The notes: generated by a model from the letters alone, not told the origin. A stretch of 64,000 nucleotides of DNA from Eledone cirrhosa (GCA_964016885.1 OZ024741.1:113212001-113276000); one strand, 5' to 3'; positions 14,511-28,143 are shown, counted from the stretch's first letter. Numbers and translations: made by a program.

Positions 14511-14751
14511 AAAGATGTTTGTGTGTATGCTTCAAAAAATGCCCTCATGGCTAAGTCTTTAGAATATGAATTCAAAATAGTGGGTGCTCTGTAGAAAGAC
14601 AAAGGAAAAAAACAACAGAAAAATGGACAGTCTCATCTCTTCAGGAAGTCTCTGGATATCACTACAGTTTCGATGATTTAAGGTTGATACCTTATGTAGT
14701 TCAGGGACGAGAAAAGAGTACTCAATATCGATGTAGAGTTTAAATATTCAT

Positions 14752-14874
14752 TTTATTAAGGTTAAATAGTGAGTCTTGTTATTCTGAGTTTCACCTGCTT
14801 GTTCACAATCTTATGATCCCGTGAGCAAGCAAGTGAAACTCCAGAGTCACACGACTCACTATTTAGCTTTAATA
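14752..14874. repeat. Imperfect palindrome (MITE-like hairpin)
   Basis: TTATTAAGGTTAAATAGTGAGTC...GAGTTTCAC / GTGAAACTC...GACTCACTATTTAGCTTTAATAA. Confidence 0.7.
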
Positions 14875-15257
14875 AAATTAGTTATGTCTATGTGTGTACG
14901 TATGTAAATATATATATGTATTTTTACAGATATAGCTTTTTCATTCATGCACTTTGGCTACTAGCACTCTTCCTAATGTATATTTATCTATCTATATATA
15001 TATGTATATATATATATATAGATAGATAGATAGATAGATATATTTCTTTATTTACCATAAAGGCATAAAAAGAAGGGACAAATACAAAGGGGGAGTTTAC
15101 ATACAATCGAGTAAAAATGGTATAAAATGAAAATAATCGAAAATAACCTCAAAAGGGAGGGGACGTGATGGGGGTTGCACACACCTCCGAAAAAGTGTGC
15201 AATCCTTTGCCCGGGGAGCACATGGAGAAGGTGCTCCCCTCTCCTTCACTTCTTTAC

Positions 15258-18200
15258 CTACAGGATGGTATACAGAGAAGGCCCATTTACACGAGCCATT
15301 CTCGCCACTATCACCCACCTTTCATAAAACTGCCTGTGGCCAAGCACCTCTCTCTCCATTCTTATCCTTCTTCCGAAGTGATATCGGAAGAAGTAGACCA
15401 GACTATGGCCAGAGAGGAAGTTGCCTGACCTCAGACCTTTCAATCGTGTCCACCAAACAACCTCTTTCAACATGGCTATTACGCACAGAAAAACCACCTT
15501 TGCTTCCTTTGTGAAGAGGGGGGGGGGGCGGTTTGATTGTCATCACGGACTCGGCGGTCAATTGAATCGGCGCCACCCGCGACAGCAGTCGTTCGGCGTA
15601 GCCCCACAGATCAGCCACGCTCGGACATTCCACCAATGCGTGCGCAACGGTTTCTTCGTGACGCACGCATCTAGGGCAAATCTTTTTCGAGGGATCCCTG
15701 CCCGGGCGCCCGTGTCTGTAGAGCCTCTCTCGAACGGGTAGAGCCCCCCGGTAGCACTGCCAGGCTAGTGACTTCTGGAAGTTGTCCATTGGTCCCGGGC
15801 CGAAAGTCCTACCGAACAGGCTGGCCAGTTCGTCCTCTTCCATGTCCAGCGACTCTCCAAGGGTGTCATCGCCCCTGCTAGCCACCAGCCCTTTATAGAA
15901 TGATGAGGTGGATTCTACACCGATGGCCTGGTCCGCTTGCCAGAGAGCCCTGAGCGCCTGAGCACACCCAGTGTGCCAGTCTCCCAGTTTTCCGGATCTT
16001 TGCTTGACCCAGGACTGCAGCTCGGTGAGCGAGACGAGTCTCGGAAAGGCTCGTTTCACGAACGGAGCCCACACCAGTTGACCGGTGAGGAATACCTGTA
16101 GGTGCCGTAACCTTAATGCGTGCCTACGCATCATCAACCACAGCATCCCCAGCTCTCCTTTTGAAGGTTGTTGGCAGCAGATGGATCTTCTCACCATAAG
16201 AGGGCGCTTCTTCCAAAGAAATTGGAAGAGCATGCATTCCATGGTGGTGAGTGTTTCCTTAGGGCAAGGCACGACAGTCAGGCGGTAGTAAGTGACGGAC
16301 GCTATGTAAATGTTCGCCACCTCCGCCCGGCCTTTTAGGGACAGCTTACACTTGGCCCATTTCTGGGTTAGTGCAAACACCTTGTTCGTAACCTCGTCCC
16401 AGTTCTTTTCCACCTGGAGGTCCGGTCCAAACCAGACCCCAAGCAACTTTACTGGGCCCTCCGTCCAGTGTCTGACGACACCGTCGGGAGGCATCGGTCT
16501 CCCTCTCCACGTTCCGAGTTGCAGCCCGATGGATTTTTCCCGGTTCAGTTTCGCTCCTGACAACCTTTCGTAATCCTCCAATAAGGTACCGATCGCCTCG
16601 ATTTCCGAGTCGGTCGATACCATTACTGTTACGTCATCGGCGTAGGCCGACACCGCTTTGCTCAATCCTGGTTCCAGGGGAATACCCTGCGACAACTCTA
16701 ACTTCCTCAGTAAAGGCTCGAGAGTCAATACGTACAGAAGGGAGGAGAGAGGGCACCCCTGTCGAATGGATCGTGTGATTTCGAACGGCTTCGAAAGGTA
16801 GCCGTTCACCTTGATCCTAGAACAGATGTGATTGCTATGTAAGGCAGTGATCCAGCCTCTGAAAACAGGACCAAACCCAGCCGCCACTAGCACCGCATCC
16901 AGGTAACCATGGTCGACCCTATCGAAGGCCTTAGACTGATCCAAGTTGATCAGCGCCCCACCGAAGCCGGGTTTGTTGCCAACCCTCTCTATGATGTATC
17001 GCATGAGGTGGAGGTTATCGTGAATGGACCTGGATGGGATAGCACATGTCTGCGCATCTCCCACCAGGCTACCCACGACAAGCGCCAACCTCTTTGCTAA
17101 CACCTTGGCCAAAATCTTTAACTCTGTGTTTAGCAGGGTTATGGGCCGAAAATTATTTATACTATCCCCCTTGTTCTCGTCCTTCCTCACCAGTGAGACT
17201 ACGCCCTTGGCTACAGAACAAGGAATTCTCCCGTTCTGCTGCCAATTGCAGTAGACCGCTTTGAGGAGTTCGGAGAAGAAGACCGGCATTGCTAAATAAA
17301 GTTCATAAGGTATACCATCGAGACCTGGAGATTTGTGTCTGCTGCATTGGCTCAGCGCATCTCCGATCTCATCAGCCGAGATTGGTCCCTCGCAGGACTC
17401 TGCCTCTTCGCTCGAGAGACGCGGCAGGCCGTCGAGGTATGGACCGAAATCCACGTCGCCGCCCGGACCCTCGCCTCCCCCGAATAATCGGGCAAAGTGC
17501 CTTTGAAAGGCCTCGCACATCTGCTTAGGCTCCCGGATCACCCGTCCATCCTCGTCTTGCAACGACCGGATGGTGGATCGATTTCCACTCTTAGCTTCTG
17601 TCACGCGGGCCCAGCCAACGGCTTTGGCCCCCTCATTACCTAGAGCACGTATTTTACTTCGAATGACGCAGCCTTCGTGCTTTGCATCAAAAAACTGGTT
17701 CAAGGCCGTCCTCGATGCCAGCACTCTGGCCACATCTTCGCTCTTGATTGCCTCTTCTAATTTACCTGTTAATTCTTTCTCGTTTCTATTCCTATCGGCA
17801 GCTAACATCTTGCTATAACTTATTGATTCTGTTCTAATCTCTCTTTTGAGAGATGCCCACCATCGGTTGTTGACGATTGCACCCGTCAACCTCTCCTTAA
17901 CTAATCTGCTAATCTGATTTCTGTAAGTCTCTTTTGCCGGTAAAGACAAATTAAGTTTCCAGTAACCGGGACCCTGTTTATGTGTTTTCTCGAGATTGAC
18001 TACGCAGGTCACTAATTTGTGATCCGTATAGCCAACCGTGCGCATTTCTGGACAGCTTAATATGTCCCTATCCTTACTTCTAACTAAGAATCTATCTAAG
18101 TACGATCTAGATTGACCACTGTGGTTTCTCCAAGTCCAGGTAGGCACAGTTGGAAAATCTAGTCGATATCTATCGACCAAGTTAAAACGGTCGAGTAACC

Positions 18201-18699
18201 CCTTGAGGCTGTTACACCCCCCTCTATTAGGACATGCTCCTGCATAGTCCCAACGTGCATCTAGGATGTCATTCCAATCCCCCGCTAGAAGCAGGGAACG
18301 CGACGGTCCCAGAAAAGTCTCCAAACGCTGGAAGAAGTCGGGCCGTTCAGCTCCGAAAGGGGAGTAGACGGCGACCAGTCTCAAGGCCGCACTTTCACTA
18401 CTGCCAACGTCTAGCACCAACAAACGACCCTCTGGGTCCGAGTGAACAACCTGTATGGCAAGACCCAGGTATTTTTGCAGCAGTACGACAACCCCACCCC
18501 CACCTCCAGGTTGACAGAGAGATGCATGCACCTCAAAGTCATTGAAGGTAGGGGCCAGCTGCCGCACGACGCTGATCCGAGTCTCACAGATAACCATTAC
18601 ATTTATACCACATGACCTGAGGTCATTTAGAAGCTTTGCTTGCTTCCAAGTTGAGCCCAGGCCATGTGCATTCAAACATCCTACTCTTAACACATCCAT
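15258..18699 (-). CDS. Tx1 A ORF2: APE endonuclease, reverse transcriptase, C-terminal Zn finger (one frameshift in the G-run near 15520)
   Basis: LNAHGL, ETR, AGDWN, LDRF, YTDH; FRPITLLN, DQSKAFDRV, RQGCPLS, AYADD; CPRC..ETVAHALVEC. The C-terminus continues in ORF 15258-15497 and matches element B. Confidence 0.9.
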
Positions 18700-18823
18700 G
18701 TGGGCGGCAGAGCCAAAGGAGAGTGTAGAGACCTACCTTTCTGCTTCCCGGGGTTCGGGTCGCATGAATTCCATGGGGACGGGAGTGTTGGGTGAAGGGG
18801 TGTCTTGTGGTGGTGTGGGGTCG

Positions 18824-20638
18824 TCAGTGTGTGGTGGGGTTGGGGTGTTTGGAGTTGTGTTGGGGAGGGGGAGGGGGAAAGCTTTTTAGTAGGACGCGGT
18901 TTATGGGTTTGACAGAGGGTAGTCCTACGTCCTCCTTAAAATCCTTTTTTAGTTTTTGGTAGAGGTTCATTGGGATCTTTATTAATTTTAAATGTGGGTA
19001 GTTTTCTGAAGAAACAAAGTTTACACCTTCGGTTTGTACCGAAGGATTATTGTTTATGAGTTCATTTAATTTATTATTGTTTCTGTTGATGTAAGTATAG
19101 TGTAATGTCTTTTTTTCGGATGGTGTGAGTGTTTCGAAGAGGGGAGGGGCAGGTTTGGTTTTGTTTGTTGCTGGAGGGGTGTTTTGTGTTTTGTTGGATT
19201 GTGTTGACATTTGGGTGGGGATTGTTTGGCCTTGTGTGTTTTGCACATGTTTTCTTTTTTTCCTTTTAATCTGTCTGAAGGACTCCGTTTCTTCCTCCGA
19301 ATTCGTTTTATTATCTTCAGTGTTGGAGGGAAGAGGTATGTTTGCTGGTAATGTTTCCGTGTTGGTTTTCTTTGTGGGGGAGATGGATGTCACTATGTTA
19401 GACTGTGTTGTGTGTTGTGGCTGCGGTGGTTGTGTTGTTTTATTGAGTGAGGGGTTGGGTGGGCCTGTATTTTGTTTTGGGGTAATGTGTTGTGACTGTT
19501 TGTGTTGTGGTGGTGGTGTAGTTTTACTGAGGGACGGGTTGGGTGGGACTGAGTTTTGTTGTTTGTTTATCTGTTGTGGTGGTGGTGGTGGAGTTGGTGT
19601 TGGTAGCAGGGTTTTCTTTTTGTTGAGTTGGGGACAAGCCACCTTCAGGTGCCCTCTGCCTGCACAGATATGACAGGACGGTCTTCTCCCCTCCACGCTA
19701 ATGTTTATATACCCGTGGCCCTCTAATAGGATTCTGTTGGGTATCTGGGCGATGCGTTCAGGCTTCATTTGCACTACAAGCTCTATACCTGTTCCACTGA
19801 ACGCATTGCCTGTGGTTTTCCCAATGGAAATCACGTTGTCATTCGCTGGATCGATGAAGCCAGCTATGAGCCAGCAGTAGTCCACATCTGGCATCATTGC
19901 ATCCAGCCATATGCGTTGAGTTCTTTTACCCATATAAGATGGATAAAAGGTAAAATTTTTCGAACGAATCGGTGACAAAGCACATTTTTTTGCCGCCGAT
20001 TCGTTCTTCATAATAATCGCTAGGCTTCCATACAGTCTGTCTTTTCTTATGAAAGTGGTTTCATTAAGTACTTCTGTGAGTACTGTTTTGATTTGTGTTT
20101 GAGTTGGCTGTTCAGGTTTTTTAGAGGTGTTGTTGATGGTGCGGAAAACGACCGTTCGACTTTCAATGTCTTTGGTGAGTTCTTGAGGCATTTTTACCGA
20201 TAAAATACCATTCTCTCCTTCAGTTATATATTGTTTGGCGTCTGCAATTCTTTGTGCCACATCTGAAATATTTTCAGGTATATATGTCAAAGATTTCTTT
20301 GTTGTTTGTGCAAATGAAATCTTATTGGTGTTGACTTTGTCGTCTGCTTTGCTTTCTGTTATGATGTTGTTTTCAAATGTTATTTTTGTGTTTGTTGTGT
20401 CTTTGTTTGTGGTATTAATATTGTCATGCAATTTTTCAAATTTTTTTTTTTCGTTGTTGGAATCCATGTCCAAATTTGTGTTTTCGTCATTTTTCTCCGC
20501 AGATTCGTCTGTTTTTATTTTATTTTTTCCTTCCTTCTCTATGACGTTAGTTGGGAAGGAAGGGGGGACTAAAGCGTGCGAGCTTACAACTCTTACCGCT
20601 GTCCCCCCACCACTATTTTCGTTAGCTTCGTTTAACAT
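18824..20638 (-). CDS. Tx1 A ORF1 (gag-like nucleic-acid-binding protein); probable true stop at 18733 after a C-run frameshift
   Basis: 604-aa ORF upstream of ORF2; CHICAGRGHLKVAC zinc knuckle; similar to element B ORF1 (RTV.FRT, PSY.G, ISVEG.RP.C). Confidence 0.85.
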   Translation of the reverse strand: MLNEANENSGGGTAVRVVSSHALVPPSFPTNVIEKEGKNKIKTDESAEKNDENTNLDMDSNNEKKKFEKLHDNINTTNKDTTNTKITFENNIITESKADDKVNTNKISFAQTTKKSLTYIPENISDVAQRIADAKQYITEGENGILSVKMPQELTKDIESRTVVFRTINNTSKKPEQPTQTQIKTVLTEVLNETTFIRKDRLYGSLAIIMKNESAAKKCALSPIRSKNFTFYPSYMGKRTQRIWLDAMMPDVDYCWLIAGFIDPANDNVISIGKTTGNAFSGTGIELVVQMKPERIAQIPNRILLEGHGYINISVEGRRPSCHICAGRGHLKVACPQLNKKKTLLPTPTPPPPPQQINKQQNSVPPNPSLSKTTPPPQHKQSQHITPKQNTGPPNPSLNKTTQPPQPQHTTQSNIVTSISPTKKTNTETLPANIPLPSNTEDNKTNSEEETESFRQIKRKKRKHVQNTQGQTIPTQMSTQSNKTQNTPPATNKTKPAPPLFETLTPSEKKTLHYTYINRNNNKLNELINNNPSVQTEGVNFVSSENYPHLKLIKIPMNLYQKLKKDFKEDVGLPSVKPINRVLLKSFPPPPPQHNSKHPNPTTH

Positions 20639-20959
20639 TTCTGTCAGACGATTGAAATTTTTTATGCCACAAAATTTTTAAAAACACGTTTTTCACCCCT
20701 AGGAGGGGTAAAGATGAGCTGACCCACCGCCTGACAGTTCAGACGGGGGGTCAAGCTACACAATAGTATCAAAATTAAAATTGAACTTACAAAATTTCCG
20801 CAATAAATTTGAACAAAACTTCTGCGCGAAGTGAATTACATCTACGCTGTAGAACAGACGACAGCTAGGTTAGATAGATAGATAGATAGATAGAGATGGG
20901 CTATCATGTACTGATGCTAAACTAATCAGGTGACTAAATCTTATTTGTAAACTCAGTTT

Positions 20960-21320
20960 TTGTCTAGGTGTTTATGGATCAGTGCCTTTCCTTTCACCAC
21001 TCACTTTACAGCATGTCCTGGAAGCATTTTATGAAGACTCTGGTATTAACATCTTATAGGAGGAACTGGGTCCTGTTTTGTCTTGGCATCAGCACTACTA
21101 CCTCTTTCGAACTGAGTAATTTTCATTATGGCATCAGCACTACTACCTCATGATGTACTGGATGCTTTTTAATTGTGGCATCTGCACTACTACTACAGTA
21201 CAAAGTACTTTCCTTTGTGGCATCAGCACTACCATATCACCAGGTGGACTGGGGGCTTTATATCACACCAGCACTACCTCACAGTGCAGACTATGTACTT
21301 TGCATTGTGGGTCAGCACTA
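20960..21320 (-). repeat. Degenerate ~35-50 bp tandem repeats related to the RTE 3' UTR
   Basis: Recurrent TGGCATCAGCACTAC units resembling the GTGGCACCTCCACGACC repeats of the RTE tail. Confidence 0.5.
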
Positions 21321-21789
21321 CTAAAACAGCTCTATAAGTGAGAAATGGAATTATTTAAACTCACTTAAAATAACTTCGCAGATGTATAATTGTAATTTAT
21401 TGTCTCCTTTTGTGAGTAGATTTCTCACTTTTGGCTTCTTTTGACAGACTTAGTTACCAGGAAAACCTAAAAAATATATATTCAGTACTTATGTGAGAAG
21501 TGCCCCAAGAAGGTGCTTTAGAAGATTATGGAAATGCTGATAAATCATCAGAGATCCATTTCTTCTTCATGAATAACACTCTTAAATTGTTCTTAGACAT
21601 TATTGAAGCACAAGAAGCCAAGTCATTTAATATAATTTCAGTATTTAAGCTAATGGCTGAAATGAAAACCAAACTTAAGAGTACAGTAGAAAATTGTTGT
21701 TTTGTTTTTATTGTTATTTGGAAGGGACCTTTGCCATTAGTATGAAAACTTAACCAGTTTATCAATGGTATATCAAAGAAATGTAATGG

Positions 21790-22000
21790 TAATGTTGGCA
21801 CTTTTGTTGCTTAGCGTTAGGTCCATTTTGATTGAGCAGACAATGATCAAAGATTTTGCGACCATGTCTCTTCTGATTTTGGGGGGGGGGGGGGGGGGGG
21901 GCAATAATATCTAGAACTGCATTGTATAATGGTGTTCTTACTTTTTTAAAGATGACAAGGCATCATATGATGGGCATTTTGCCACAAGTTTTAGTTGGTA
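21790..22000. repeat. Dispersed degenerate repeat (also ~22248-22330, ~9470-9560, ~54170-54230)
   Basis: Recurrent ATATCTAGAACT.CATT.T.TAATGG and GGGAGATTT..C..CTATTTCTA motifs. Confidence 0.4.
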
Positions 22001-22977
22001 TTGCAGCCATGATCCATCTGTCCTTTCAAGGTCTATAAAAACGTACCAGTCCAATACTGGTTTCAACTTTTCGATATATCTCTTTCTCACTTCCTCTCTC
22101 CCACTCTCCTTCTCTGGAAGAATCAGCTGTGTTCAAACCTGGAAAGGGGATGGCCTCCATCAGGTTTAATATCCCCAAGACATGCTGCATGTTACTACTG
22201 TGCCCCTATGACTACACCACGAGTTATGGACACATATATACACATGATATCTAGAACTACATTATCTAATGGCATTCTTGATGGAGATTTCACCACTATT
22301 TCTATTAGGTAGACTGAACATGCCTAAACTCCCATATTAGGATCAAGGTGAGGGTGGTGGTAATATGGAGGGGGGGGAGTGATGGTGTGGGTGATGGCAA
22401 TAATGATCATGATGAGTTGTTAATTTATTTGTTAGGGGACATCGAGGTGTATTCTGCATGTGTGAGAAATGTCATAATTTATGTGAGTAAAACATGGATG
22501 AAAAATGTGGAGCAGCAGAGAAAACTGGGAAGAATAGAAATGGGAATAGTCTAGTGGATGAGCAGTGTATTGCTGAGGGAGAGGAAAACAAACAATAAAT
22601 TGCTGAAGTTAGTGGGAATAGATTCAGTGATTAATGTTGTGAAGAGAAATGGAATGAGCTAGCTGGGTCAGATGGTAAAGGAAGATGAAAGTGATAGGGT
22701 GAGAGGAGTGATGAAAATGAAGGAGGAAGGAAATAGAGGAAGAAGAAAACCACATAAGGTGAGGTGAAAAATCATATAACAAGGTAATGAAAGCCAGGTA
22801 TTTGGCGAAAAAGGTGCATAAGATAGAATAACATTTATGAGGGAGCTCCATAAGGCTTTAGCAGGGAAAATTACATTAACACTTTTGTTGATGTTCAGAT
22901 GGTAGAGTGGTAATGTTTAATTTGAATTTACAAGTTTAACCAAGACTTGGTGGTAGTGATGATGATGAAATAAAAAT

Positions 22978-23868
22978 AATAATGGTTTCTAATTTAGGCA
23001 CAAGACAATTTGTTGGGAGGGAAGTACATCATATAAACCTCAGTACTTGACTGGTAATTTGTTTTATTGATCTTAGAAGGATGAAAAGCAAAGTTGACCG
23101 TAGCAGGATTTGAACTCAGAATGGTAAGGCCCGTAACTCTACGTATCAAAGCATAGCATCCGACCCTCTACTGATACTGCCAATCCACCGCCCTTCTAAT
23201 TCCCATCTAATAATAATAATTTCTAATGTAGAGGCAAAGCAGAAATCTTTATAGCAGAGGGGTTAGTTGATTAAATTATTTCCAGTACTGGATTGGTACT
23301 TTATTATATCAATCTCAGAAGAATAAAATAGTAGGATTTGAATATATAACTAATATGTAACTAATTACCACAAAGATGAGAGAAAAAGTTGACCTTTGTA
23401 GGATGTGAAGTGCTATAAGTCACTGTAAGGTATTTTGATAATAGTTTCTTCTATTGGTACAAAGTAAATAATTTTGGGGAAGGTAAAGACGATTAAATTG
23501 ACCCCACTGGTACTATATTTTATTGAGCCTAGATGGATGAAAGGCAAAGTGGACCTTTGCAGGATTTGAACTCAGAATGTAGAGTGCTGAAACAAATTCT
23601 GAAATGCATTTTGTCTGATGCTCTCATGATTCTACCAATCCAACAGTCTTTGATGATGATGATAATGATGGTTTCTGATTTAGGCTCAAGACCAACGATT
23701 TTGGCGAACGTTGATTAAATCAAGACCAGGGCATTACTGGTGCTTTATTTCATCAACCCTAAAAGGATGAAAGGCAAATCTAGCCACTACGGGAGATGAA
23801 CTTAGAATGTAAAGGGCCATAACCCTATGCTGCAAAATATGTTGTCGACACGCAACCAATACTGCCAA
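22978..23868 (-). mobile_element. Head-to-tail array of ~4 tRNA-derived SINE copies
   Basis: Each ~200-bp unit reads (minus strand) GGCGG..TGGCAG...GAGTTCAAATCC..GGTCAACTTTGCCTTTCATCC..ATAAAGTACCAG...CCTTGTGCC..AGAAA + (TTA/TCA)n. Confidence 0.8.
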
Positions 23869-24372
23869 TTTGAGAAGTGGTATGAGCATAAGCCAGAGTC
23901 GGTGATAGAAAACGATCAAGTGAAGGTGCTATGAGATTTCAGGATACACATGTACAAGAAATTAGAACACAATAGGCTTGACCTGGTGGTTTTTGACAAG
24001 GAAAAAGATCATTCCTGATTGTAGATGTAGCCTGCCCCTTTGACACGAGTGTGCAAGAAAAGGAGTAGGAGAAAATTAACCAATACCAGGATTTAAAGTG
24101 GGAGGTAAAAAGAGGATTTGGAACTGTCATAAGATCAAGTTCATCCCAATTGTCATAGGAGCACTAGGTATTATCTCAAAGAGTTTCCAAGGATGGTTAA
24201 AGAACATTAGTCTAGCCCCCTTTCTTGGAACACTTCAAAAGGCTTGCTTGCTGGGAACAGCAAGAACCCTCCAATACATCCTGAATATCTGAGGCTGCAG
24301 GTAGCGGCTTGATATGCATTTGAACAAACTTTCCAGTTAAATAACATCAATGACTGCAACTCAAAGAATGAT
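23869..24372 (+). mobile_element. R4/Dong-clade 3' fragment (same family as 30497-31833)
   Basis: Highly similar to 31305-31800; restriction-like endonuclease end, IPIVIGALG. Confidence 0.85.
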
Positions 24373-24698
24373 AATTGTTTCTACTTTAGGCACAAGGCCA
24401 GCAATTACCCAGTGCATTACTGGTACTTTATTTTAATGATAATAATAATGATTTCTTTATTAACCACAAGGGTTTACATAAAGTAGACATTAAGGACAGT
24501 GCAGGACAATACAGGACGGTACTAATGGGCATTTCTGGGTGTAAAAAACAAAAACAGAAGATGTAACAAAAATAACAATGAAAAATTCCCCAATAGGGGG
24601 GAGACTTCGGAGGGACATTTGTGGAGAAAGCCCAGTAAAAGGCCACAGTGACCCTGACCACCAAGGCAAGTGCCCTCTCCCAGTTTTCCACCTTTAAT

Positions 24699-27600
24699 TT
24701 ACATATACGTACTCAGAGTAGGCCCATTCACTCGGGCCATTCTTGCTTCTCTCACCCATCTTTCAACAAAATGCTGCTAAGAGAGCACTTCCCTCTCTAC
24801 TCTGATTTTCCTTTTCAAATGAAACTTGAAAAAGTCAATCAGGGCATCACCGAAGAGGTATGTGCTCGTCTTCAGCCCTTTCAAACGTGTCCACCATACT
24901 ATCTCTTTCGCCATGGCCACCAGACAGATAAATACTGCCTGCCCTTCCCAGCTAAAGGAAGAGGGCAGGGCAATCCTCACGATGGACTCAGATGATAGCC
25001 GGATCCGTCCTACACGCGATAGCAGGTGTTCGACATAAACCAACAAGTCAGCAATTTTCGGACACTGGACGAGTGCGTGCAGGACGGTTTCGTCGCCCTG
25101 CGCGCATCTCCGACATGCCCGGCTGACGGCACCTCCATGCCTGTAGAGTTTATCCCGAACTGGCAAGGCTCCTCGGTAGCACTGCCAGGCCAGAGATTTC
25201 TGGAAGTTGTCCATAGGTCCTGGCCCGAAAGTTCTTCCGAAGAGATTGGCTAGTTGATTTTCGTCGACGCCTAGAGTACGTCGTCGCTCTTCCCCTCCAC
25301 TAATCCTCTATAGAACGCCAAGGTGGGGTTTCCACTGATCACATTGCCCGATTGGTCGAGGGCTGTGAGCGCCTGAAGACATTCCAGTCTCCAGGCGCTC
25401 CCTCTCGATCTTCGCTTGACCCAGGACTGCAGCTCCGTCAAGGAAACGAGCTGGGGAAATACGTGTCTAGCAAACGGCGACCACACCTGATCACCGTCGA
25501 GGAAGAGGTGGAGATGTCGTAGCCTGAGCGCGTGTCTGTGCATCATCAGCCACGGCATGCTCAGCCCTCCACGTAGCGGGTGTTGACAGCAGATGGACCG
25601 CCTAAACCATCGGAGCGCGTCCCTTCCACAAAGAGCGAAAGAGCAAACGCTCCAGCACAGTCAGGCGGGGCTTAGGACAAGGTACGACGGTCAGGCGGTA
25701 GCAGATGACAGACGCGATGTACGCGTTAGCCACCTCCGCTTGACCTTTCAGGGATAGCTTCCTCTCCACCCATTTCTGGGTGAGAGAAGCCACCCTGCTC
25801 ATCACCTCGTCCCAGTTTTTGTCCATCTGGAGGTCCGAACCGAACCAGACTCCTAGCAATTTAACCGGTCCGTCCGTCCAGCGTCCGACGACGCTGTTGG
25901 ATGGCATGGACCTGTCTCTCCAGGTGTCGAGCTGCAGGCCCACTGACTTTTCCTGGTTGATCATTGCTCCTGTCACCGCTTCATATTCTCTTAGTGTAGT
26001 GCCGATCGCCTCGATGTGTTTGGCGTTCGACACCACTATGGTGACATCGTCCGCATATGCTGACATGGATCTTCCGCATCCTAGTTCATGCGGGACGCCC
26101 CTCAACGTCTCCAGTTTGTGCAGTAATGGCTCGAGAGTCAATACGTACAAGAGGGACGAGAGGGGACATCCTTGGCGGACCGAGCGCATGATGTTGAACG
26201 GTTCCGAAAGGTGACCGTTCACTCTCACAAAAGAGCAGATGTCGCTGTGCATGGCAGCGATCCAGCCTCTGAAGATGGGCCCAAAGCCAGCCGCCCTCAG
26301 GACTGCCGCTAGGTAACGATGGTCGACCCAATCGAAAGCTTTCGACTGATCTAAATTGATCAAGGACCTACCCGTGCCAGGTTCCCTAGCTACCCTCTCT
26401 ACGATGTATCGCATTAGGTGGAGGTTGTCGTGGATGGATCTGTCGGGAATGGCGCATGTCTGCGCCTCTCCCATGAGACCACCAACGACAAGCGCCAACC
26501 TCTTTGCTAGCACCTTGGCCAAAATCTTGAACTCTGTGTTTAGCAGAGTTATGGGCCTGAAATTATCTATGTTATCCCCCTTGTTCGGATCCTTTCTCAG
26601 CAGTGCCACCGCTCCTCGGCTCACAGAGCTGGGAATTCTCCCGTTCTGTTGCCAGTTGCAGTAGACGTCCGCCAAGAGATCTCCGAACAAGTCTGGCATC
26701 TGTACGTAAAGTTCATAGGGCAGACCATCCAAACCAGGTGATTTACCCCTTGTGCAGCCAGTAATTGCCTCCCGTACTTCAGCAGCTATTATCGGCTTTT
26801 CGCAACACTCCGCCTCAGTGACCGAGATCCGCGGCAGTCTGTCGAGGTAGACACTAAAGTCCATCCCTCGACCCGGCCCACCGCTGCCCCCGAACAGCTG
26901 CGCGAAGTGTCGCTGAAAAGCTTCACACATTTGCGCGGGATCGAGTAGCATGCGCCCGTCGTGGTCCACCAAAGACCGGATCGTGGATTTGTTGCCACGA
27001 CGCGCCTCCGCCACTCGGGCCCATTGAACGGCTTTCATCCCCTCGTGCCTGAGAGCACGCACCCTAGCTCTGACAACGCAGCCTTCGTGCTTTGCATTGA
27101 AGAATTGGTCAAGGGCCAATTTCGCTGCAAGCACGTCGGTCGCGATGCCTTTGCTAAGCGCCTCGTCTAATTTTCTAACTAGTTCTCCCTCTGCTCTATT
27201 TTTCTCTATTGCTAAAGCCTTATATAAACCTAATGGATTCTATTCTAATTGCTCTTTTCAGAGCAAACCACCACTTGTTGTTGATGATGGCCCCGTCAAC
27301 GCCCGCTTAACTAGTTCGCTAATCCGGTCTCTGTAGGCCTTGCGCGCTGGTAAGGACGCGTTTAGCTTCCAGTAGCCGGGTCCTCGTCTATGAAGCCTAT
27401 CTAAGTCAACCACACAGATCACGAATTTGTGGTCCGTGTAGCTGACTATCTTGAATTGTGGACAGCCTATGCTAGACCTATCTATTTCCCTACAAAATAC
27501 TCTATCTAGATATAATCTGGATGACCCTATGCGATTTGTCCAAGTCCACATTGGCACATTCGGAAAATCCAATCGGTACCTGTCAGACAGTTCAAAACGC

Positions 27601-28109
27601 CTTAGCAGGTTGGTGAGGCTCTTGCACCCTCCACCCCTATTCGCTAATCCCACACAGTCCCAGCGTGCATCTAAGATCCCGTTCCAGTCGCCCACTAACA
27701 CTAAAGAGCGGGACGTTCCAAGAAAGGTCTCCAGACGCCTGAAGAAATCAGGCCGCCCTGCTCCTGTCGGGGCATAGACGGCCACTAGCCTGAAAGCTTG
27801 CCCGTCTCCGCTAGTCACGTCCAGCACCACCAACTTACCCTCTGGGTCTAGGAAGATGGCCCGTATGGCAAGATCCAAACCTCTCCGAAAAAGCACAGCA
27901 ACTCCTCCCCCCGATCCAGGACGGCTGGGAGATGCGTACACATCGTAGCCACCGAAGATAGGTACAAAGGCCCATGCTTCGGAGATTCTGGTCTCGCTGA
28001 TGGCCACTACATCTATGTTTAGTGACCTGAGGTCGTTGAGCAGGTGACCCTGCTTCCATGACGACCCCAAGCCACGCGCATTTATGCTGCCTATTCTGAG
28101 TGAGGTCAT
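24699..28109 (-). pseudogene. Tx1 B ORF2 (APE-RT-Zn), disrupted by several stops and frameshifts
   Basis: Segments 27258-28109, 25602-27134, 25271-25558, 24777-25214; VGDWN, YTDH, RQGCPLS, AYADD, CRRC..ETVLHALVQC. Confidence 0.9.
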
Positions 28110-28143
28110 GTTTAAAGGGAGTGGAAAAGATGGGAAAGACCAC

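Larger units (their letters stand above)
15043..20870 (-). mobile_element. Full-length Tx1/L1-group non-LTR retrotransposon A, flanked by (GATA)n
   Basis: ORF1 with CCHC knuckle, ORF2 with APE-RT-Zn, 3' AATAAAGAAA; (TAGA)n on both sides. Confidence 0.92.

Noticed and set aside
14631-14690. TCATC-GAAAC-TGTA...CTGAAGA-GATGA on the minus strand, resembling a type II hammerhead
   Set aside because: Stem I does not pair convincingly; more likely juxtaposed decayed PLE-end fragments.
21470-21780. Short ORF resembling a hAT transposase fragment
   Set aside because: No diagnostic motif; similarity too weak to support.
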